64,000 bases of DNA from Eledone cirrhosa (Eukaryota), in contig OZ024740.1 in NCBI GenBank assembly GCA_964016885.1, positions 79,236,001 through 79,300,000 on the forward strand. Direction: 5' to 3'. A model generated the notes under the pieces. It had not been told where the DNA came from. It was given only the letters and a program-made list of their open reading frames with translations, and did not search any database. Both the position numbers and the translations under genes were made by a program. Below, one piece after another: positions 53,847-64,000 of this stretch. Position 1 is the stretch's first letter. Each line of letters opens with the position of its first letter.

Positions 53847-53888
53847 ATCTTCTATACACAATCATACACACCCGTGTATATTTACCTA

Positions 53889-54007
<119 letters not shown>

Positions 54008-54129
54008 CTATATAACTGCTCTGTAGAACAACTGATGTCATTACATTGAGCTATTTATCTTACTGGTAATAAGGTAGTAATAAATTACTGACCTTCACTG
54101 TTTAGGGTTTAAAATATACATATACACAA

Positions 54130-54259
<130 letters not shown>

Positions 54260-54347
54260 TTAGGGTAATAGAGTAGGTAATAGGAAAAGAGTCAGGACCC
54301 CGACGGCTAACCTCAGGTCGTTTCGACAGCGAGATCCGAACTTTTTT

Positions 54348-54404
<57 letters not shown>

Positions 54405-54407
<3 letters not shown>

Positions 54408-54595
54408 GAGCGGTGGAACCATTTCTGGATGAGGGAGGGAGGCATATTTGGTCAATTTAGTTGTAGTGATTAGTTTAGCTCCTTGCACCCTAAGATAGTC
54501 AGAAAACTTCAATATGCGATAAACATAACAATGTACATAAATTGTAGCGTATATCCAAATAGATGTGTTTGGGTAATTTGGAAAGGAAAATATAA
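54405..54595. mobile_element. Internally deleted copy of the non-autonomous DNA element at 61777-62229
   Basis: Two blocks of similarity, by eye. Confidence 0.65.
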
Positions 54596-54599
54596 TATC

Positions 54600-54824
54600 A
54601 ACTACACGAACTCTCTTCCACTACTCCTCTCTATATCAATTACCAGAAAATCTCGCCCTCGCTATATCTACTACACGGACCTCTCTTCCAATCCCCCTCT
54701 CTATATCAATTATCACCAAACTCTCGCCCTCTCTATATCTAAAATACAACACACTCTCCCAACTCCTCTCTATATCAATTACCACCAAACTCTCCCGCTC
54801 TCTATATCTACCATATCACACACA

Positions 54825-54896
<72 letters not shown>

Positions 54897-55020
54897 ATTC
54901 AATCTGTGCATAACCAGTCAACTCTCCTCTTCTTTATATCTAATAAACAACATTCTCTCCCAATCCCCCTCACTCAATCCTTACCACCAAACTCTCCCCC
55001 TTTCTATATCAATTACCACT
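54600..55020. repeat. ~30-bp diverged minisatellite (CTCTCTATATCAATTACCACCAAACT-like), resuming at 60783-60902
   Basis: The same units lie on both sides of Tx1 copy E. Confidence 0.8.
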
Positions 55021-55220
55021 TGATATAGACGTGAATTACTTCGCTCCGGATTTTTACGGATTATTGTTAAAAAAACTGTGAGTTCATTGCTCAATTTAAT
55101 AGCATTGTTTAGTTTAACCCCTTGCCTGGGCCTTCAGACGTTGAGTCAACTAATTTTCGCCCCTTTCTGGGGCGAAATTTTCATTTTCATCTCAAAACTG
55201 TGTAGACTTGGTAGTCAGCA

Positions 55221-57037
55221 ATGGATGCCATTTCCACCTCGCACACTGTCGTGAGTGCCACGCCCACTGAGAAAAGTGGTGGAGGGAAGGTAGGAGTACA
55301 AAGCATTATCGAAAAACGTTGAAAATATTGAAACCACGAAACCAAACCCGGTAAATAATACCAGCACCAACAACAAGAACAATGACAATAACACCACATC
55401 CAACAACTGCAACAATAGCAACACCAAGGAAAACATGAACAATATTACCAACAGTGACAACAACAGCAGCAACAAAAAGACAACAACACCAAAACAACAT
55501 TCGCACAGACTGTAAAAAAAAAACGAACTATACACGCCAATAGACATAACAAATGCTAAACAACTATTACAAGACGCAAAACAATTCGTGACTTTTGGCG
55601 AAAACGGTGCTTTTAGCATCAATTCTCCACAGGAATTACGTAGAGAGGCTGTCCTGAAAACTGTGGTTTTTCAGGACAATATCGAACGAAACAAGAAAAC
55701 CAGCTCAATTATCACAAAATGAAATTGAGCTGGTTCTAAAAGATGCAATGAAGGACTTAACCTTCATACAAAAAGGTAAACTGTTTGGTTGCATTTCGGT
55801 GCTAATGAACAACCAGTCAACAGCTCAAAAGTACTCGGTATCACCCATTGTGTGTCCCCGCTTCACCTTTTTCCCCACATACAGGGGAAAAAGGACACAA
55901 AGAATAAAAATAATGAGTATCACACCAAATGTAAATATTTGGTGGATACTATGTGGAATCATTAACTTTGACGAAGACAAGATAATTTTAATGGGAAAGT
56001 CCCCCGGAGGTGTATTTGGTGGGACCACCGTAGAAGTTCTGGTGCAAATGAGCCCAGAACGAATAGCGAATATCCCACAACGTGTGCCTCTGGACGGGCT
56101 AACTTATATAAACATTTCAGTGGAGGGAAGGCGGCCGTCATGTTACCACTGCTTAAGCAGGGGTCACCTGAGGGCTGCCTGTCCTCAATTAACAAGTAAA
56201 AAAAAGGCTCTTCTGCCAACCCCGAACACGACAACACAACCACCACCACCACCACCACCACCACCACCACCACAACAACAACAACAACAACAACAACAAC
56301 CACAACAACACGGAAAAATAACAACACAAAACACTGTTCCACCCAACCCCTCCCCACCTAAAACAAATACAAATGCAACCACAACAAAACCCCAAAATAT
56401 ACCCCTCCCCAACAACACGGAAGAGGACTCCGTATCAACGTCACCCAGTGACGACGAGGGAGAACCCTTTCAACAGGTGAAAAGGAAAGAAAAAAGGCAC
56501 CACATTAACAAAAATGCCACAAACACACAACCACCAGCATAAACAGAACAAACATCACAAATAAAAAAACCTACCCCTCCCCAAAACATAACACATACTA
56601 CAAAACGCAAACACGCAAAAGAACAACAAACAAAAACAAACACAACACAACAAAAACTCTATACATACATTAACAAGAACAATAAAACGTTGATGAAAGC
56701 GATAGAAAATAACCCTTCGGTGGAAACCGAAGGGATCACTTTCACCTACGCAGCGAACAAACCTCACCTAATGATGATTAGGGTCCCAACGGAAACCTAT
56801 GTAACGTTGAAAAAGAACCATCCAATGCATGTGGGGACCAACTGCACCAAACCACATAACAGCGTCCTATTGAGATGTTTCCCCACCCCCACACCAGACA
56901 CCCACACCCCACCAAACACCCTAATCTCACCACACACTGATGTCCTCACCCCACCACAAACCACCACACCACCAAACAACCCTTCCAACACCCCCATGGA
57001 AATTGTGCAGCCTGGTCCCCAGCAGACGAAGAGGTAA
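55221..57037 (+). pseudogene. Tx1 ORF1 (RRM-like region, CCHC knuckle), disrupted
   Basis: RRPSCYHCLSRGHLRAAC; ends PGPQQTKR*. Confidence 0.83.
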
Positions 57038-57079
57038 GTAATTTCCTTTCCTCTTCCTTTTTAATTCTTCAGCACCAAC

Positions 57080-60000
57080 ATGGCCAATATAAGAGTTGGA
57101 TGTGTGAATGCACGCGGCTTAGGGGATGTCCTGGAAACAGGGCAAACTCTTAAATGACCTCAGGTCGCACAGAGTGGATGTAATGGTTATTTGCGAGTCC
57201 AGGATCAGCAGCGAGCGCCAACTGGCCCCCATCTTCGACGACTTTGAGATCTACGCATCTCTCTGTCAGCCGAGGGGTGGGGTTGGGGTTGTCGTTCTGC
57301 TGCGAAAGTACCTGGGTCTTGCCACACAGAAGGTACACATGGACCCGGAGGGTCGACTGGTGGTTTTAGAGGTCGGAAGTGGTGAAGGTGGAGCTTTCAG
57401 GCTGGTGGCAGCGTATGCCCCATCTGGGACCCCGCGACCGGACTTCTTCCGACGCCTGGAGAATTTCCTGGGAACGACTCGCTCCTTGCTTTTAGTGGGG
57501 GACTGGAATTGTATCCTGGATGCACGTTGGGACTATGTAGAGGCATGTCCCGATAGAGGGGGGTGTAACAGCCTCAAACGATTAATCGGCCGATTTGATC
57601 TGGCCGATAGATATCGACTAGATTTTCCGACTGTGCCACGGTGGACGTGGAGTAATCGCAGCGGAACATCTAGGTCGTACCTAGATAGGTTCCTAGTTAG
57701 AAATAAGGATAGGGACATATTAAGCTGTCCACGAATGTTCATGGTTGACTATTCGGATCACAAGTTGGTGACCGGAGTGGTCAACCTTGATAGAACTCAT
57801 AGACAGGGACCCGGTTACTGGAAGCTAAACTTGTCTTTACCGACAAACAAAGCTTACAGTAAGCGGATTAGCACACTAGTTAAGAAGCGTTTGACGGGGG
57901 CAATTGTCAACAGCAGGTGGTGGGGCTCTCTCAAGAGAGAAATTAGAATAGAATCGATAGGTTTTAGTCGGGAATTAGCATCAGATAGGAATAGAACTGA
58001 AAGGGAATTAACAAATAGAGTAGAAGAGGCGATTAGGAGTGGCAACGTGGCCGGCGTGCTGGCGTCAAGAACGGCGCTAGACCAGTTCTTTGATGCGAAG
58101 CACGAGGGCTGCGTTGTCAGGAATAAAATACGTGCTCTGGGTAACTAGGGAGCCAAAGCTGTTAGCTGGGCCCGAGTGACAGAGGCAAAAAGTGGAAACA
58201 AGTCCACGATTCGGTCTTTGAAAGACCAGGATGGACGCGTGACCCTTGAACCTGAGCGGATGAGCGCGGCTTTCAACGGCGCTTTGCACGACTGTTCGGG
58301 AGGGGCGGCGGGCCGGGAGGGGCGGCGGGCCGGGTGGGGCCATGGATTTCGGTCCATACCTCGACGGTCTGGCGCGGCTCTCGGACGGGGAGGCGAAGTC
58401 CTGCGAGAGGCCGATTTCAGCCGCTGAAATAGGGGAAGCGCTGAGCCAATGCGGCAAACGCAAATCTCCGGGTCTCGATGGTCTACCATACGAACTTTAT
58501 GTAGCGATGCCGGGCTTGTTCTCCGGTCTCCTCGAGGCGGTCTACTGCAACTGGCAACAGAACGGGAGAATTCCCAGTTCTGTGACCAAGGGCGTAGTCA
58601 CGCTGGTGAGGAAGGACGAGAACAAGGGGGATGACATAGATAACTTCAGGCCCATAACTCTGCTAAACACAGAGTTAAAGATTTTGGCCAAGGTGTTAGC
58701 GAAGAGGTTGGCGCTTGTCGTCGGGAACCTGGTGGGTGAAGCGCAGACATGCGCAATCCCGTCCAGATCCATACACGACAACCTCCACCTCATGCGATAC
58801 ATCGTAGAGAGGGTAGGGAACGAACCCGGCTTTGGTGGGGCCCTGATCAACTTGGATCAATCTAAGGCGTTCGATAGGGTTGACCATCGGTACCTGGATG
58901 CGGTGCTCGCGGCGGCAGGCTTCGGACCCGTTTTCAGGGGGGGGGGGGGCTGGATTGCTGCAATGCACAGCAGCAACACCTGCTCGAGGGTCAAGGTGAA
59001 CGGCTACCTCTCGGAGCCGTTCCAAATCACGCGATCCATTCGACAGGGATGCCCTCTCTCCTCCCTCCTGTATGTGTTGGCTCTCGAGCCACTACTGCGG
59101 AAGCTGGAGCTGTTGCAGGGCATCCCCTTGGAACCGGGATTGCGGAAAGCGGTGTCGGCCTACGCCGATGACGTGACAGTAATGGTGTCGTGCGCCTCGG
59201 AAATCGGGCAGATCGGCACCTTACTGGATGAATATGAAAGGTTCACAGGAGCCAAGCTGAACCGGGACAAGTCCGTCAGTTTGCAACTCGGGACGTGGAG
59301 GGGCAAAACGATGCCCTCCGACGGCATCGTCGGACGCTGGACGGAGGGACCGGTGAAGCTGCTCGGGGTCTGGTTCGGACCGGACCTCCAGGTGGAGAAA
59401 AACTGGGACGAGGTAACGGGCAAGGTGTTTGCACTTGCCCAGAAGTGGGCCGAGTGCAAACTATCCCTGAAAGGTTGAGCGGAGGTGGCGAACGCTTATA
59501 TAGCGTCCGTCATCTACTACCGCTTGACCGTCGTGCCTTGCCCAGAGAAAACACTCGCCAAAATGGAGCGCGTGCTCTTCCGATTTCTTTGGAAGAAGCG
59601 GGCTCCTTTGGTGAGAAGATCCATCAGCTGTCAACACCCTTCGAACGGAGGGCAGGGGATGCCGTGGCTGACGATGCGTAGACACGCATTAAAGCTATGG
59701 CACCTCCAGGTATTCCTCACCGGTCAGCCGGTGTGGGCCCTGTTTGTGAGGCGAGCCTTTCCGAGACTCGTCTCACTCACCGAGCTGCATCCTGGGTCAA
59801 GCAAAGACCGAGAAAAGTGGGCGACTGGCACATTGAATGTGCCCAGGCGCTCACGGCCCTCTGGCAAGCGGATCCGGCAATCAGTGGAGACTCAACCTCA
59901 ACATTCTATAGAGGGTTGGTGCGCAGTAAGTGCGACGACGCTCTCAGAGAGGCTCTGGGTATGGAGGGAGATGAGCTGGCCAATCTGTTCTGTAGGACGT

Positions 60001-60542
60001 TTGGCCCGGGACCGATGGACAACTTCCAAAAGTCCCTGGCTTGGCAATGTTACCGAGGAGCTCTACCCGTTCGGGACAAGCTCTACAGACACGGGCGCCC
60101 GGGTAGGGACCCTTCGAAGAAGATCTGTCCGAGATGCGTGCGTGACGAGGAAACCGTCGCACACGCATTCGTACACTGCCCGGGCGTTGCTGACCTGTGG
60201 GGCTATGTGGAACGACTACTGTCGCGGGTGGGACCAATCCGGTTGACCACCGAGAACATTGTCACGATCAAACCGCCGCCCCCTTTCAAAAACGAAGGAG
60301 AGGCGGTTTTCCTCTGTGTGATAGCCATGGCGAAAGAAGTTGTATGGTGGACAAGGTTGAAAGGGCTGAGGTCAGACACCTTTCTCTCCGGCCAACAACT
60401 GGTCTTTTTTTTCAAGTACCACTTTAGAAGAAGGATCAGAATGAAGAGAGAGGTGCTCTACTCCAGCAAGTTTTATGAAAGATGAGTGAAAGTAACGAGA
60501 ATGGCCCGAGTGAATGGGCCTTCTCTCTATATCAGCCTGTAG
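57080..60542 (+). pseudogene. Tx1 ORF2 (APE, RT, zinc finger), disrupted
   Basis: MANIRVGCVNARGL, GDWNCILD, SDHKLV, KSPGLDGLP, YADD, CPRC..ETVAHAFVHC. Confidence 0.95.
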
Positions 60543-61218
60543 GTGAGAGAGGAGAAGAATGAGAAGAGGAAGGAAGCACCCGCTCTTTGTGCTCCTGAAG
60601 AGGAGGGTTGCACATTTTTTCGGGGGTGTGTGCGACCCATGTCAATGCCCCTCCCTATTGAGGACATCGATTGTTAAATTTAATTTGTTATATGTTTTTT
60701 ACACGCCTTTTTAAATGTATGTAAACTCCCCCCTTTGTATTTGTCCCAATCTTTGATGCCCTGGTGGCAAATAAATAGAAATTTATATCTACTACACGGT
60801 ACTCTTCCAATCCCCCTCTCTATATCAATCAACATTAAACTCTCCCCCTCTTTATATTTACCACGACACTGTATCTCTCAATGCCTCTCTCTCTATCAAT
60901 TACTCTTAGGCCTTGAATACCCCCCCCCCCCACCTCGCTTAATGATTTTTCAGATTTTTCCACACACACCCTCCCCCATTTTCATTTTACCCGCCACCCT
61001 CCCCGCTTATTAAAGTTTGCTAAATTTTATTGTAAGTGATTAATATCGATACAGCACCTGGAGAATCTAATAATAATTTTAACTGTCATTAAAAAAACAT
61101 TACATATTACAAAAAAAAAACATTATAAGAAATCCCATATTTACGAACGCACACTGTACAGTTACCGATTTCCACCCCCGCTTACAAGAATGTCAACAAA
61201 TGTCCACCCACCTCCCGA

Positions 61219-61274
<56 letters not shown>

Positions 61275-61576
61275 CCTCCCGTTAGACCTGTACGGAATTC
61301 CTTCCTTGCTCACATTCCAACCAGGTTTGATGGTCTTTATTCTCTCTCGTTCACGATTTCACCGAATTTATATTCATGGAAATTTGGGACTTGACTCCTT
61401 CTTCCTCACTTTTCGTTGCTTCACCATCTTTGTTTGTTTACACTCTCGTGTCCCCTTTATTTACGTGTCCCAACGACTTTTTTTAGCCGTTGCTCGCACC
61501 AATAGGAGGTATATGGTCTTTAAAGCGATGAAATACCAATGATGGTTGGAAGATCACTGATGAAGGACTAACTTTA

Positions 61577-61627
<51 letters not shown>

Positions 61628-61776
61628 TATTTCCCGGTGTCGAAGACGCTTCGTCCTCGAGGATGCACCCTAATTTTGATAAACAAAATTTTGAAAAAAA
61701 AATAATAAACAATCTTCGGCCTCCAGGATGCATGGTAGATTTTTTAGACTTATTTTAGGAAAATAATATATATACA

Positions 61777-62229
61777 CAGGCGTGGTGGAAGCATTTCTGA
61801 ATTGGCGAGGTGGGAACAAATTTGGTCGATTTAATTGTAATGATTAGTTTAGCTCTTTGCGCTCTAAAATGGTCAGAAAATGCAATTTGAGTCCCGGCAG
61901 GTCATATTACATTTACAACTCTCAATAATTATAAAGTGATTATAGCAAAATGACCTATGAAATCTGTCTCTGTATACACATACTAGAATTTGGCAAATAG
62001 GTATATTTGGAGAAAATGTTATGACATGACAAAAAAATGTTCTATGAAAGTTAACATAATATATTACAGTGTTATCAACCAAGATATAAAAAGACTTCAA
62101 TGTGCGATAAACATAACATGTACATAAATTGTAGCGCTTATACAAATAAATGTGTGTTTTGGTAGTTTGGAGAGAAAAATATAGCTTTTGTGGAGGGGGC
62201 GGGGGTGGCCCCTTAGTTTCGCCGTCCCT
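61777..62229. mobile_element. Non-autonomous DNA transposon-like element in TA context
   Basis: Imperfect inverted ends CAGGCGTGGTGGAA / TTTCGCCGTCCCTA; partial second copy at 54405. Confidence 0.55.
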
Positions 62230-62329
62230 ATATATATATATAGGTAAGTTATTCCGGGTTGAATCGGAGGTAACCACAGTAAGTAAGGTACTCAATACAT
62301 AGCAGAGTATAAAAGTTTTAATATAGATG

Positions 62330-62380
62330 AGATTCTACAGGACTAGAACTGTTTCATTCTTTAGAAATCATCAGGAATCT
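62330..62380 (-). ncRNA. Type-I hammerhead ribozyme
   Basis: AGATTC-CTGATGA-T TTC taaa GAA T-GAA-ACAG ttctagtc CTGT-A|GAATCT. Confidence 0.8.
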
Positions 62381-62444
62381 GGCTTTCCAAAATAACTGTT
62401 GTGGTATTTATATCTTTTCAGGTGGTAGGAGAGGGTGGGGAGTG

Positions 62445-62802
62445 GGATGGGTGGAGGTCATTGGTTGAAAGAAAAGGGAATTCATTATAAGTTAATTCTT
62501 TAAGGCTATAATTTATATTTAGAGTAACAAAGGCAGAAATAATTCTATAAACAAGTTCAGATTGGGGAGCCACTCCTTATTTTTAAGTTTCTCTTAGGCT
62601 AACAATTTCAGGTGTCTATAAGATGGTTGGAGGTCGGTCATGGTTGATGGATTTAAAGGAAAGGGAAATTCTTTAAAAGTTAATCCTTTAAAGCTCTACT
62701 TAGAGTGACAAAGGCCAAGAGAATTCTATAAACCAGTTCAAAATATTGGGTACCTATCATATCATTATTGTCATGTTTCTCTTAAGCTAAATTCCAGGTG
62801 TC
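62445..62802. repeat. Diverged 2-copy ~180-bp tandem duplication next to the hammerhead
   Basis: GGAGGTC..AAAGGGAA..TAGAGT.ACAAAGGC..AATTCTATAAAC..GTTTCTCTTA occurs twice. Confidence 0.75.
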
Positions 62803-62810
62803 AACAGACA

Positions 62811-62864
<54 letters not shown>

Positions 62865-62881
62865 CACATACACATATATAC

Positions 62882-63002
<121 letters not shown>

Positions 63003-63154
63003 TACACGGGTGTGTATGATTGTGTATAGAAGATTATATTAATAAAAAGAATTCCAACTTTCTCTGATTTACTCGTTTTATTTACAATCCTTTAAAATTT
63101 ATAATGGTATTATAATGAAATAGTATGATAGAATATTAAATGTTAAGTGTTAAT

Positions 63155-63193
63155 TGAACAAGTACTTTCATGCTTTCGCAATCTTCGGGTTCA
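63155..63193 (-). ncRNA. Minimal hammerhead with one core mutation (CCGAAGA)
   Basis: TGAAC-CCGAAGA-T TGC gaaa GCA T-GAA-AGTACT-T|GTTCA; palindromic stem III. Confidence 0.6.
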
Positions 63194-64000
63194 TAATGTG
63201 TGGTGACAGTCAAGTTTGTAATTTTCAACTGTAATGAGATGGGTAAATTTTGTACCTTATATACAGTGAAAAGTGGCTACAGATTGCTAAATCTTGCAAA
63301 CTGTATTTCGACCAATCGGTGTGTAGTTTCACTGAATTACTAAAGCTGATTGGTTTAGGCGTCACGGTTGGTTGAGCATGTCTAACGACTACTAATTGAT
63401 CCTATCCAAAACATCAATTATTTTGCTATTTTTAGAAATGATGAAAATAGCATTTTCTAGTAATCATCACTATCAACATCACTTTTATTATTATTATTAT
63501 TATTATTGTTGTTGTTGTTAGTGGGCGTAGTCGACATGGTCGTAGTCATAGTCATATAAGGAGAAATATATTCCATTATTATTGTTCATTTAGCTTGGGT
63601 TTGAATTTATCAATAAAATTCTTTTCTTTGATTTTTCTCTTGATTTCACTTGGGCTGTTTTGAAAAACAAGATGGCGTAGGACAGAACAAAGGAGAGGCA
63701 CAAAAACAAAGAAAATAATCCACAGTCCCTGAAGAGGTCACAGAATATGTGACGAAAGAACTTTGACAATATATAAACAATCATCTGGTTGTGGAACCAA
63801 CCAACCAGCCAGAAATGTATAAATTCCTAAATTTACAAATTTATTATAATAAATTGAAGTGAAAGCAACTGGTGCGTGTGTTTCTTATTGGCAACATGAC
63901 CCTCCCAAAGTATAACAATATCCGTTTCAACACACGTTTTCAGATAAAGAATCTTGCTAAACAAATTCAGAAACGATATATATACATACACATACATATA

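Larger units (their letters stand above)
55021..60782 (+). mobile_element. L1/Tx1-clade LINE, copy E (same broad family as A)
   Basis: ORF1 plus ORF2; 3' end CCCTGGTGGCAAATAAATAGAAAT. Confidence 0.95.

Overview
Eukaryotic, repeat-saturated window with no recognisable host gene. The SINE types and dense (TA)n/(CA)n/(TATG)n/(ATT)n microsatellites suggest a cephalopod (octopod) genome; this is an inference. The window holds four near-full-length, decayed L1/Tx1-clade LINEs (A ~12070-17550 minus; C ~26771-32780; D ~32809-38710; E ~55021-60782) plus short 3' tips. It also holds one R4/Dong-clade LINE, CRE and RTE fragments, Buster-type hAT and mariner relics, MITEs and about 18 tRNA-headed SINEs. 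Two signals are not explained by that inventory. (1) In all four Tx1 copies, from two divergent families, the ORF1 stop codon lies inside a perfect 5' splice site (G|GTAAGT) followed by a pyrimidine tract; in C, D and E the first downstream AG would fuse ORF1 in frame to ORF2. (2) Several minimal type-I hammerhead ribozyme motifs are present, including one per unit in a 3-copy ~495-bp tandem array resembling a retrozyme or Penelope pseudo-LTR. Their stems covary, several share an unusual U-U at the base of stem II, and several coincide with fold-back palindromes. All alignments and folds were done by eye.
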